The position numbers and the translations under genes were made by a program. From NCBI GenBank assembly GCA_963749155.1, contig CAVVLO010000002.1, forward strand, positions 1,280,001-1,344,000: a stretch of DNA of 64,000 nt, given 5' to 3'. This DNA is from an uncultured Armatimonadia bacterium. Lineage in GTDB: Bacteria; Armatimonadota; Zipacnadia; CAVVLO01. Positions 27,801-36,573 of this stretch are shown here, one piece after another (within the stretch, counting starts at the first letter, position 1; each line of letters begins with the position of its first letter). The notes below the pieces were generated by a model. It was not told the origin of the DNA. It ran no database searches and saw only the letters and a program-made list of their open reading frames with translations.

Positions 27801-28718
27801 ATGCGGGTCTTTCTCCTTTACAATCCGGTAGCCGGAGCAAGTCGCGGCCAAAGGCAGGCTCAAAGGGCAGCGGGAGTGCTGACCGAGGCCGGCTGGCGTG
27901 TCGAACTCGTGGGCACCTCGGGCCCTGGTCAGGCCGAGCAACTGGCTCGCCAGGCTGCCGAGGAAGGCGTAGATCTCGTGGTGGCTTGTGGGGGCGATGG
28001 CACCTTCTGCCAGGCGGCGCGCGGACTTGCTGGCAGTGGAGTGCCCCTCGGACTGGTCCCCGCGGGCACCGGCAACGACCTGGCTCGAAGTCTCGGTATT
28101 GCTTTTTCGCCTGGGCAGGCTGCCAGGCAGCTCCTTTGTGGCGCCGCTTCCCATATGGACCTGCTTCGGGTAAACGAGGGCCTGCTTGCGGCCAACATCG
28201 TCGGCACGGGTTTCGATGCCGCCGTTGCTGAACGCATCACCCACCGCAGCCGTTTCGCCACTGGCAAACTCGCTTACCTCACCGCCGTGCTGCAGGAGCT
28301 ATCCCACTTTTCAGCCTGCCAGCTCAAGCTGCAGGTGGATGGTCACCGCTGGGAAGGGCGCGCTCTACTCGTGGCTTTCGCCAATGCCCAGAGTTATGGC
28401 GCGGGGATGAAAGTCGCTCCCAAAGCTGAACTCGATGATGGATTGATGGATGTTGTTGTGGTAAGCGAGCTGCCCAAATACGCTTTCCTCTGGCACTTGC
28501 CGAAGGTCTTCTCAGGCCGGCACCTGGGCTTGAAATGGGTGCATTATTTTCAAGGACGCCAGGCAGAGCTCGAGACCGAACGGCAATTGCCAGTCCTCGT
28601 GGATGGCGACCTCGAAGCGACTACCCCGCTCCATATCGAAGTCGCCCACCGCGCTCTGCTCGTATGGCGGCCAGGCCCTCTTGCGGGCACTGGCGTCCCT
28701 CTTCCCGTTGAAGCCTGA
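27801..28718 (+). CDS. diacylglycerol kinase family lipid kinase (YegS/DgkB-like)
   Basis: NPVAG, GGDGT, PAGTGNDLAR, GFDA, YGAG, DDGLMD, DGD. Confidence 0.9.
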   Translation: MRVFLLYNPVAGASRGQRQAQRAAGVLTEAGWRVELVGTSGPGQAEQLARQAAEEGVDLVVACGGDGTFCQAARGLAGSGVPLGLVPAGTGNDLARSLGIAFSPGQAARQLLCGAASHMDLLRVNEGLLAANIVGTGFDAAVAERITHRSRFATGKLAYLTAVLQELSHFSACQLKLQVDGHRWEGRALLVAFANAQSYGAGMKVAPKAELDDGLMDVVVVSELPKYAFLWHLPKVFSGRHLGLKWVHYFQGRQAELETERQLPVLVDGDLEATTPLHIEVAHRALLVWRPGPLAGTGVPLPVEA

Positions 28719-28719
28719 C

Positions 28720-29175
28720 TCAGGCTGAAGGTTCTTCTAGCTGGGAGGTGCAATGCGGGCAACGCGTTGCCGCCAGCGGGATAGTAGTTGCGCAGTAAGG
28801 GCAAGGCTTCTCGTTTACTTCAGGTACCTTGGGTTCGGCTTCCTTCAGCTTGCGCAGCCGGTTGATGCTCCTGACCAGCAGGAAAACAGCGAAGGCTACG
28901 ATGAGGAAGCCGATGATATTGTTGATGAAGACGCCATAATTGAGGGTCGCTGCCCCAGCTTCTTTAGCCGCGGCAAGACTTGCATAATCGCTGCCTGACA
29001 TGTTCAGATACAGGTTGGTAAAGTCTACCTTGCCCAGCAGCAAGCCGAGGGGAGGCATAATTATGTCCTCGACCAACGAGGTGACTAGCTTGCCAAAGGC
29101 CGCCCCGATGATAATGCCTACAGCCATATCAACCATATTGCCTTTGACCGCGAATTCCTTGAACTCTTTAAGCAT
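28720..29175 (-). CDS. mscL: large-conductance mechanosensitive channel with C-terminal zinc ribbon
   Basis: [29 protein letters not shown]-terminal CPYC...CPHC. Confidence 0.95.
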   Translation of the reverse strand: MLKEFKEFAVKGNMVDMAVGIIIGAAFGKLVTSLVEDIIMPPLGLLLGKVDFTNLYLNMSGSDYASLAAAKEAGAATLNYGVFINNIIGFLIVAFAVFLLVRSINRLRKLKEAEPKVPEVNEKPCPYCATTIPLAATRCPHCTSQLEEPSA

Positions 29176-29220
29176 TAGCCTCTCCTCCCTGGCGGTAAAG
29201 ATACCCAGATAGTATGCTAG

Positions 29221-29784
29221 CTACACTGAGCGGGCCTGGCGACTCGCTTCCCACTCCGGACGCAGCAGCGAATAGACCTCCAGGTCGTGGCGACCGATGC
29301 CGGCAAGGCCCGCGCAACGCTGGATGCCCTCATGTGTGAAGCCAAGCCGCTCGGGGATGGCTCGACTGCGCAAATTGGCAGTGGCAGCGCGGATGACCAC
29401 GCGCTCGATAAAAAGGTCACTGAAGAGATAATCCACGACCGCCTTGCAGGCGCGGGTCATAAAACCTTTGCCCTCGAAGCCAGAGCCAATCCAGTAACCT
29501 AGCTCGGCAGACTGGGAGTTGGCGTTCATATCGTGGATGCCGATTACGCCGGCGAGTTTACCCTCGGAGAAGAGCCCCGCTGCGAAGGCGCCAGTGCGGC
29601 TATAGTCGTTTGAGGAGTGCTGGATGAAGGCGAGAGAATCGGTTGCTGTTTTCGTCTCGTCCACCCAGGGCAGCCACTGACGCAGCCGGTCGCGGTCCGC
29701 CTCAATAAGCGCGAACAGCTCCTCGGCGTGTTGCGGGCGCAGCAAGCGAAGTTCCAAATCAGGGCCCAGTTCGCAGGAGAACAT
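29221..29784 (-). CDS. GNAT acetyltransferase, RimJ/RimL family
   Basis: LRQWLPW, AELGYWIG..FEGKGFMT, N.RSRAIPERLGF..EG. Confidence 0.9.
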   Translation of the reverse strand: MFSCELGPDLELRLLRPQHAEELFALIEADRDRLRQWLPWVDETKTATDSLAFIQHSSNDYSRTGAFAAGLFSEGKLAGVIGIHDMNANSQSAELGYWIGSGFEGKGFMTRACKAVVDYLFSDLFIERVVIRAATANLRSRAIPERLGFTHEGIQRCAGLAGIGRHDLEVYSLLRPEWEASRQARSV

Positions 29785-29828
29785 AGCGCATCACCAGTAG
29801 TCAGCCTATCACGCTTCTACTGGTAAGG

Positions 29829-29861
29829 AAAAGAGGCGCCCCAATGGATGAGGCGCCTCTT
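29829..29861 (-). terminator. intrinsic terminator of the DUF1559 gene
   Basis: AAGAGGCGCC/GGCGCCTCTT stem followed by T residues on the minus strand. Confidence 0.65.
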
Positions 29862-29880
29862 GAGGCTTGCCAGGCTGATT

Positions 29881-30543
29881 CTACCAGCCGTATCCGGAGG
29901 GTACACTCCTGTCGGGGTTATGCATCCCAGGTAAAGGCAGGGCGACTGTCGGCTCCCACTTCAACCATTTGGCATGGCCATCAGCGAAAGCATAATTGGA
30001 ACCTTCGCTGTGCCTTGCTTTGGCGATATGGTCTACGAGCCAGTTGTGCCCATCGCCTGCCACATAACTGTCCAGGTTGTCCCAGTTCCAGCTCGAGAGA
30101 CCAGGCCAGGGATGATATCCATCATACGGCATATTCTGTTCGCGTTCGGCAATCATTATTGTGTCCGCGGCGTTTCTGAAAGTGGCTAGTGGCATCCCGT
30201 GAGCAAACAGACCATTGATTACATAATCTGTGTTTGGGTTTCCCCCAGTCTCGCCCGAGAGTGAAGGACACTGGAAGATCTGGGCATTCTTCACGTAGGG
30301 CTGTAGTGGCGTATACCACCGGTAAGTTGCGGTACAGGAGACGAAACACTCATCATAATCCTGGATATACATCATCATACCCAGGCCAATCTGCTTCACG
30401 TTGCTGAGGCAGGCAGACTGCCTGGCTTTCTCCTTCGCTCTGGCGAACACGGGGAAAAGGATTGCCGCCAGGATGGCGATAATGGCAATAACAACAAGCA
30501 ACTCTATCAGCGTGAAACCACGCCGACGCGCAAAGGTATTCAT
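29881..30543 (-). CDS. prepilin-type N-terminal cleavage/methylation protein, DUF1559 / H-X9-DG family
   Basis: [44 protein letters not shown] and C-terminal [16 protein letters not shown] 30543 after GGAGG. Confidence 0.92.
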   Translation of the reverse strand: MNTFARRRGFTLIELLVVIAIIAILAAILFPVFARAKEKARQSACLSNVKQIGLGMMMYIQDYDECFVSCTATYRWYTPLQPYVKNAQIFQCPSLSGETGGNPNTDYVINGLFAHGMPLATFRNAADTIMIAEREQNMPYDGYHPWPGLSSWNWDNLDSYVAGDGHNWLVDHIAKARHSEGSNYAFADGHAKWLKWEPTVALPLPGMHNPDRSVPSGYGW

Positions 30544-30598
30544 AAGCTGGACCTCCAAAATCAAGCTTGAGATGACAGAAAAGAGCTGGATGTCTCTC

Positions 30599-30907
30599 TC
30601 AGGCTGAAGGAGGCGCTCTGGTAAGGGGCTGCCAGCGCTCGGTCAAGGAAGGCGGGCAGCAAGGGGGTAAATAAGCTGCAAGTATAGAAGCGGGTGGGGT
30701 AGGCGCAGGTGTAGAACTGGCGATAACCTGGGCCGAGGAGACCGCCGAGATAAGCTCGCAGGCGGCGCACTGATGCTTTTCGGCTGACTTATGCTCCTGG
30801 TGGTTGTGGATGGGGAAGCTTGACAGCGCAATCAGGCAGGCAAGTATTAGCGAGAGGACAAGTCCTCCCGTTTTCAGCCCGCTAATTGGCTGCTTCAAGC
30901 TCTCCAA
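30599..30907 (-). CDS. DUF2946-like leader protein (TM/signal, His-rich, CxxC, C-terminal RAPP)
   Basis: Hydrophobic N-terminus, HNHQEH...HQCAAC, Pro-rich linker, ends RAPPSA. Confidence 0.75.
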   Translation of the reverse strand: MESLKQPISGLKTGGLVLSLILACLIALSSFPIHNHQEHKSAEKHQCAACELISAVSSAQVIASSTPAPTPPASILAAYLPPCCPPSLTERWQPLTRAPPSA

Positions 30908-31056
30908 GTCGTAATTTCCCTCGGCTTTGGTTGATTGATTATACCCAGCAAAGGAGCCAAAGGTTCCCTGCCCAGGCTAGCGGCAGGAGAAGCCTCTCTT
31001 TGGCGAATACCTAGCCGGCCCCATCTGTAATCCAATAGCCAGGAGGAAGCCAGTAA

Positions 31057-31887
31057 ATGGTACCCATTTTCTTTACCAAATTGTTTCAGCCCCTCTCCCT
31101 CTTTGAACTGGCCACCCTTGCCCAGGGCTACGGAGTCGCGGGCTTCGACCTGGCCGTCCGAGCAGGCCATCCGGTGAACCCCGACAACGTCGCCACCGCG
31201 CTGCCCGAGGCGCTTGCCCTCTGGAGGAGTGAAGGTCTTACCGTGCCGCTCGTGACACTGGAGACTGGCGCGACCAATCCTGCTGATGAGGCCACCAGGC
31301 GCATCTTTGAGACTTGCGGCGAGTGGGGTGTGCCCTTCATCAAGCTGGGCTATTGGACCTGGCAGTCAGGCGCCAGCTACTGGGAAGGCGTCGATGCCAT
31401 CCGGCGCGACCTCGAGGGCTTCGCAAAGCTGGCTGAGGCCACCGGCGTCGTCGCGCTGCATCACAACCATTCGGACAACTGCTATGGCTCCAACGCCTGT
31501 GGCTCGATGCTGCTGGTAAAGGATTTTGACCCTGCCCTGATTGGCGTCTACCTCGATCCTGGCCATCTGGCCGTGGATGGCGAGTGGATACCGATGGCGC
31601 TTGCGGCGGTAAAGGACTACCTGCGAATCGTCGCGGTCAAGAACGTCCGTTGGCTGCCCGAGGAGCCCTCATACCGTCTGCCCGGTACCAGCCCCAAATG
31701 GCGGCCCGACTGGTGCCAGCTCGAAGAGGGCATCGTGAACTGGCCCGAAGTCATCGGCTTTGTGAAGGAGGCCGGCTTCGAGGGGCCGATCAACTTCCAC
31801 GGCGAATATTCTAACCTGCACGAGGTCGCCGCCGTGAAAGCTGCCCTGGGACGCGACCTCGCCTATCTGCTGCCCCACCTTGCCTAG
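31057..31887 (+). CDS. sugar phosphate isomerase/epimerase (xylose-isomerase-like TIM barrel)
   Basis: DLAVR.GH, HNHS, DPGH, VKN, G.VNW, HGEY. Confidence 0.85.
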   Translation: MVPIFFTKLFQPLSLFELATLAQGYGVAGFDLAVRAGHPVNPDNVATALPEALALWRSEGLTVPLVTLETGATNPADEATRRIFETCGEWGVPFIKLGYWTWQSGASYWEGVDAIRRDLEGFAKLAEATGVVALHHNHSDNCYGSNACGSMLLVKDFDPALIGVYLDPGHLAVDGEWIPMALAAVKDYLRIVAVKNVRWLPEEPSYRLPGTSPKWRPDWCQLEEGIVNWPEVIGFVKEAGFEGPINFHGEYSNLHEVAAVKAALGRDLAYLLPHLA

Positions 31888-31905
31888 CACCTGGGAGGGA
31901 GCCTG

Positions 31906-32907
31906 ATGAGAGACTACTCAATTTTGCCGATGCTGCAGCGCCGGATGGCCGAGGCTTGCGCCGCCCGGGCGCCTTTCCCCACCGACCCGGAAGAGCTGAT
32001 GGCGCACCTGGCAATGTTACGCGGCAAATTGCTCGAGTGTATGGGGACGCGTCCGCCGGAGGTCCTCGAGCCTGAGGTCCAGGTCGAGGCCAGCTTCGAG
32101 CTTGAGGGCACCGGGGTCATCCAGGAGCGCCTCGTCTACCGCACCGAGGAGGACGTCTGGGTCCCGGCGCATCTCTACCGCCCCGCCAGGCCCCGCGCCG
32201 AGCGGCTTCCGGGGGTGCTGCTCATCCAGGGGTGGGATCTCGACAAGCACAGTATGCCCGATTTCAAGGTGCGTCTGGCCGCGGCGGGCTATGTGGTGCT
32301 CTTCCCTGACAACCGGTTCAGTGGCGAACGTCGCCATGCGACCGATGGGCAGGTGGAGCAGCTCAATCTCTTCCCCTTCGCGCAGCTCTTTGGCCTGACC
32401 TTCATCGGTATGAACACCTGGGACAACCAGCGCGCCCTCGACGTGCTGCAGCAACGCGCCGACGTCAATCCCAACGATCTCGGCGCGGTGGGGCTTTGTT
32501 GGGGCGGTATGCAATGCTGGGCGCTGGCGGCGCTGGATGAGCGCGTTAAAGCCGCCTGCCCGGTGTGTGGCGTCTCCACCTACCGCGCCCTGGTGCAGGA
32601 CTATATGCCCTGGACCGGCGGCCACACCTGTTATGGCACGTATTTTCCTGGCTGGGCCCGGCACGGCGATATCCAGGACATCATCGCCTGTATTGCGCCG
32701 CGCCCGCTGCTCATCCAGAACAACACCCAGGACACCTGGTTCCCGCTTGCTGGTTATCAGGAGGTCGTGGAAGAGGTAGGCCAGGTCTATGCAACGCTTG
32801 GCGTGCCCGAGCGCTTCGAGGCCCGCGCCCAGGTGACCACTCATGACATCACGCCGGAGTTCGGCGCCCACGTAATCGACTGGTTCGACAAGCACCTGAA
32901 GGGGTGA
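31906..32907 (+). CDS. alpha/beta hydrolase (dienelactone hydrolase / acetyl esterase-like)
   Basis: VPAHLYRP, WDNQRALD.L, GLCWGG nucleophile elbow with Cys, IAPRPLL, C-terminal H. Confidence 0.85.
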   Translation: MRDYSILPMLQRRMAEACAARAPFPTDPEELMAHLAMLRGKLLECMGTRPPEVLEPEVQVEASFELEGTGVIQERLVYRTEEDVWVPAHLYRPARPRAERLPGVLLIQGWDLDKHSMPDFKVRLAAAGYVVLFPDNRFSGERRHATDGQVEQLNLFPFAQLFGLTFIGMNTWDNQRALDVLQQRADVNPNDLGAVGLCWGGMQCWALAALDERVKAACPVCGVSTYRALVQDYMPWTGGHTCYGTYFPGWARHGDIQDIIACIAPRPLLIQNNTQDTWFPLAGYQEVVEEVGQVYATLGVPERFEARAQVTTHDITPEFGAHVIDWFDKHLKG

Positions 32908-32914
32908 AGCAAGG

Positions 32915-33952
32915 ATGAAGACGCTGAGATTCGGCTGTATCGGCTGTGGGGCGATGGGCGGACTCCACTGCGCCAATTCGAAGTATGTGCCTGGGATGGA
33001 GGTCGTTGCCTACGCCGATCTGGACCTTTCGAAGGCCGAGGCCTTCCTCGCCCAGTTCGGCGGAGAGTACGCTACCACTGATGTGGACCGGCTTTTCGCC
33101 GATGACTCGCTGGACGGAGTGCTTATCCAGACAGGCGAACGCGCCCACCCAGCGCTTGGTATCGCGGCGGCCCAGGCCGGCAAACATATCTTTATGGAGA
33201 AGCCGATCGCTGTCACGGTGGAGGAGGCCCTCGACCTCGAACGCGCCGTGAAAGCTAGCGGCGTCAAGTATCTGATCGGCCTGTGCAACCGCCTTGCGCC
33301 GATGGTCGCCCGCGCCAAGGAGCTGCTGCCCCACCCCATCATCAGCTACTGCCAGTGTCCCGACCTGGTCTCTGGCCAGTCTTGCCACAACCTCGACCTG
33401 ATGGTGCACAAGTTCCACGAGGCGCCGCTGGTGTCGGTCTATGCAGTGGGAGGCCACTATTGGGGGCTGGACGCGCATCTGCCGGCCGATGGATTCATCG
33501 CGACGCTCAAGTTCGAGGATGACTCCCAGGCTTGCTACATCCAGCATGGGCGCTCGTATAACGCGCTGCTGTCGAAGTACCACTTCCAGCTCTTTGGCAA
33601 GGACCGCTGTGTCTACCTCGCGCACCGGTTCAAGGAGTGCCACTTCTCCACCAACCTGGCTGCGCCCGACTTCTCCTGGGGCTTCCAGGGGCCGGACTTC
33701 ACGCCTCTTAATCTTGCCGAACATGAAAAAGACAGCCGGGGCCCGCACGGCTATATGGGCCATTATGACCAGCTTGTCGCCCTGTGTGAGGCTATCCGCA
33801 GCGATACCGAACCCCCGATGACTGTCGAGCAAGGCCGCCACGTGTTGCAGGTGGAGAAGGCTTTGCTCGAGTCCATCGTCACCGGCCAGGTGGTAGACTA
33901 TCGCGAGTTCCTCGCCCGCTGGGACACCACGCAGCCAGAATACAAGGAGTAA
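32915..33952 (+). CDS. Gfo/Idh/MocA family oxidoreductase
   Basis: GCIGCGAMG Rossmann motif, AGKHIFMEKP, CHNLD. Confidence 0.9.
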   Translation: MKTLRFGCIGCGAMGGLHCANSKYVPGMEVVAYADLDLSKAEAFLAQFGGEYATTDVDRLFADDSLDGVLIQTGERAHPALGIAAAQAGKHIFMEKPIAVTVEEALDLERAVKASGVKYLIGLCNRLAPMVARAKELLPHPIISYCQCPDLVSGQSCHNLDLMVHKFHEAPLVSVYAVGGHYWGLDAHLPADGFIATLKFEDDSQACYIQHGRSYNALLSKYHFQLFGKDRCVYLAHRFKECHFSTNLAAPDFSWGFQGPDFTPLNLAEHEKDSRGPHGYMGHYDQLVALCEAIRSDTEPPMTVEQGRHVLQVEKALLESIVTGQVVDYREFLARWDTTQPEYKE

Positions 33953-33956
33953 CCAG

Positions 33957-35030
33957 ATGACCGAACTCACCAGCCAGCAGCGGTTTGACCGCGCCTTCAG
34001 GCATAACGCCACACCCGACCGGGTGCCGATGTTCGATATGTACTGGCCCGACACCTTTGCCGAGTGGCACAGGCAGGGCCTGCCCGAGGGCTTCGACCTG
34101 TTCGAGGAGTTCGGCCTGGACGTCCTGGGCATCTCCTGGATTGACGCGAGCCTCGGTCTGCCCGCCGAACAGCTCGAAGAGAGCGACGAGTGGGTCATCT
34201 GGCGCGATGGCAATGGCGTAGTGGTGAAGGTGTGGAAGACCAGTTCCGCCACCCCCTCGCGCCTGGACTGCTATGTCAAGGACTGGGACACCTGGCTGGA
34301 GGTAAAAGACCGCCTGCAGCCCTCCCCGGACCGCATCTCGCAGGCCATCCGCGACGGCTGGCAGTCTGTCACCGAGCGCTCTGGCTACCAGTGCTATACT
34401 TTCGCCGAGCCTTGCTGGTGGTTCCTCGAAGACATAATGAGCTTCGAGCGCGCCCTGCCGCTAATGGTCGAGCAGCCCGACCTCGTGAACGACATTATCG
34501 GCACTGCTACCGACTTTGGCCTCTCGATGGCCGAGGTGATGATCGCCGAGGGGCTGCCCTGCGATGCCCTGTGGTTCTTCTCGGACCTCTGCTACAAGAA
34601 CGGGATGCTCTTCTCGCCCAAGACTTACCGCGAGCTGCTGATGCCGCACCACAAGCGCATCAAGGAATGGTGCCTGGCCCACGACTGGCAGCTCATCCTG
34701 CACTGCGACGGATACGTGGGAGAACTGCTGCCCCTGCTACTTGAGGTCGGCTTCGATGCCATCCAGCCGCTGGAAGCCCGTTGCGGCAACGATGTGCGCA
34801 CCTACAAGCGGCTCTATGGCACCGATATCGCCTTCTTTGGCAACATCAGCGCCGATGTGATGGCCACAGGCAGGCGCGATGAGATAGAAGAGGAAGTCAA
34901 AAGCAAGCTCGAGATCGCCAAAGAGGGCGGCGGGTACATCTATCATTCCGACCATTCCATCCCGCGCACCGTCACGCTGGACGATTATCGCTTCACCCTG
35001 GACTGCGTGAAGCGCTATGGCAAGTATTAG
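33957..35030 (+). CDS. uroporphyrinogen decarboxylase family protein (URO-D/CIMS-like)
   Basis: PDRVP, SDL.YKNG.LFSP, HCDG, QPLE, FFGNI, GGYIYHSDHS. Confidence 0.88.
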   Translation: MTELTSQQRFDRAFRHNATPDRVPMFDMYWPDTFAEWHRQGLPEGFDLFEEFGLDVLGISWIDASLGLPAEQLEESDEWVIWRDGNGVVVKVWKTSSATPSRLDCYVKDWDTWLEVKDRLQPSPDRISQAIRDGWQSVTERSGYQCYTFAEPCWWFLEDIMSFERALPLMVEQPDLVNDIIGTATDFGLSMAEVMIAEGLPCDALWFFSDLCYKNGMLFSPKTYRELLMPHHKRIKEWCLAHDWQLILHCDGYVGELLPLLLEVGFDAIQPLEARCGNDVRTYKRLYGTDIAFFGNISADVMATGRRDEIEEEVKSKLEIAKEGGGYIYHSDHSIPRTVTLDDYRFTLDCVKRYGKY

Positions 35031-35039
35031 GGAGACACT

Positions 35040-36482
35040 GTGAAGAAGCTGCTACTGCTCGTTCTCCTGCTTGGTTTGACCCTGCTTGCCGTCTCTTGCG
35101 GCGGGGGCCTCAGTAGCGTCACAAGCAAAGTGCGTGTAATCGTTGACGGCTGGGACGCCCCCGGCGCCTTGCCAGTCGACCATATCGAGCTAGAGTTATG
35201 GGAACTCGACTATCTTGTCGACACGGCCAACCCGCCGCTGACTGCTCTCTCACCCGAGGTGAGCTTCGGTGGGCTGTTCGCCCTGCGCTACCGCGTGGTA
35301 GTCAGGGCATATGATGCGGGCGGCACGCTGCTTGGCCAGGCTTCGGTTGAGGTGCCGGTCACAACAGGCGAAACAACTGACGTCCTGATCAGCCTTGCTC
35401 CCGCGCCAGCAGTCCAGCTCAAGGTGACACCTGATCCCCTCTGGGTAGATACCGACGCTGATGCCGCCTGGTACGTTGCGGCCTTCGATGCCGAGGGGCG
35501 CATACTGCTGCTGCCTTCCAATCAGTATGATACAGAAGTCTCACCGGCGGGGCTTGCCTCGGTGAGCGAGGGCCAGGTGAATGGCTTGACCGAGGGGCGC
35601 GGCACGCTGACAATCACCGATCCGGTCTCCTCGGCCTCGACCAGTTGCGACCTTATCGTGGACAATCCTTCGACCTGGTATCTCCAGCAGACCTGGGGCG
35701 GGCCTGGTGGAGGGTATGGGCAGTTCCTCAAGCTCGGTGGAGTAGCCGCCGGCCCCTTTGGCGAGGTTTATGCGACCGACCGGCTGGGTGACTCGATCAC
35801 CCAGTTCGAGGGTGACGGTACGGTGATGGACGTCTTTGGCACCAGTGGTATGGGTCAGGGTGAATTCGATGTGCCCTGGGATGTCGAAGTGGACTGGGAA
35901 GGTCGCGTCTACATCTCTGACCGGAACAATGCGCGGGTGCAGGTCTTCAACGAGTGGAGCAGCTGGCTTGCCGAGATTGGCGCAGGAGGCTCAGGTACGA
36001 TCGTGGAGCCAACTGGCCTCGGTGTCGATGACTACAATCTGTGGGTCGCGGACCTCGATGTATTCGGTTTCTGGGAGGGGCAGCTTGCCAGTTATGAACT
36101 GGATGGCTTCGGCTATCTCTCCACTTGGGATATTGACCTGCCAACCGGCTGCGAGGTCTGGGATGTCGTCTCGGACGGCTGGGATCGTTTGTATGCTACC
36201 GTGGGCAATGAGTTGCTGGTACTCGACAGCTTCGGCTATGAAGAGGACGCCTGGGGCACTGGGGTGCTTTCCGCTGCCGAAGGCCTGGCGCTCGATGCAT
36301 CCGGTAACGTCTATATCGCCGACCCGGACGCAGGCAAGATCTTCTCCTACTCGCCTCAGGGGACGCTTCGGACGCAACTTTCGGTGGTCGCGCGCGACGT
36401 GGCTCTGGACCGTAATGGAGACCTTATCGCCGCCTGCGCGGACAACTATCTGCGTCGCTACTCAAAATTGCCTGCGCCCTAG
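35040..36482 (+). CDS. lipoprotein with Ig-like domains and NHL-repeat propeller
   Basis: Lipobox AVSC; G.G.GEF..P.DV.VD..GRVY.SDR.N.RVQVF NHL repeats. Confidence 0.82.
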   Translation: MKKLLLLVLLLGLTLLAVSCGGGLSSVTSKVRVIVDGWDAPGALPVDHIELELWELDYLVDTANPPLTALSPEVSFGGLFALRYRVVVRAYDAGGTLLGQASVEVPVTTGETTDVLISLAPAPAVQLKVTPDPLWVDTDADAAWYVAAFDAEGRILLLPSNQYDTEVSPAGLASVSEGQVNGLTEGRGTLTITDPVSSASTSCDLIVDNPSTWYLQQTWGGPGGGYGQFLKLGGVAAGPFGEVYATDRLGDSITQFEGDGTVMDVFGTSGMGQGEFDVPWDVEVDWEGRVYISDRNNARVQVFNEWSSWLAEIGAGGSGTIVEPTGLGVDDYNLWVADLDVFGFWEGQLASYELDGFGYLSTWDIDLPTGCEVWDVVSDGWDRLYATVGNELLVLDSFGYEEDAWGTGVLSAAEGLALDASGNVYIADPDAGKIFSYSPQGTLRTQLSVVARDVALDRNGDLIAACADNYLRRYSKLPAP

Positions 36483-36573
36483 CGGCAAGTCAAGCCCTCC
36501 TCAGAATCACCTGCCATGCAGGGGTCGTAATAAAGGACACGAACCCTTGCGCAGCTAGTCAGGAGGGAGTCTT

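Noticed and set aside
32849..34252. 467-aa antisense ORF (also 46608-47840, 38616-39731, 18527-19594, 43176-44201)
   Set aside because: Shadow ORFs opposite well-supported genes in GC-rich DNA, with no recognisable motifs.
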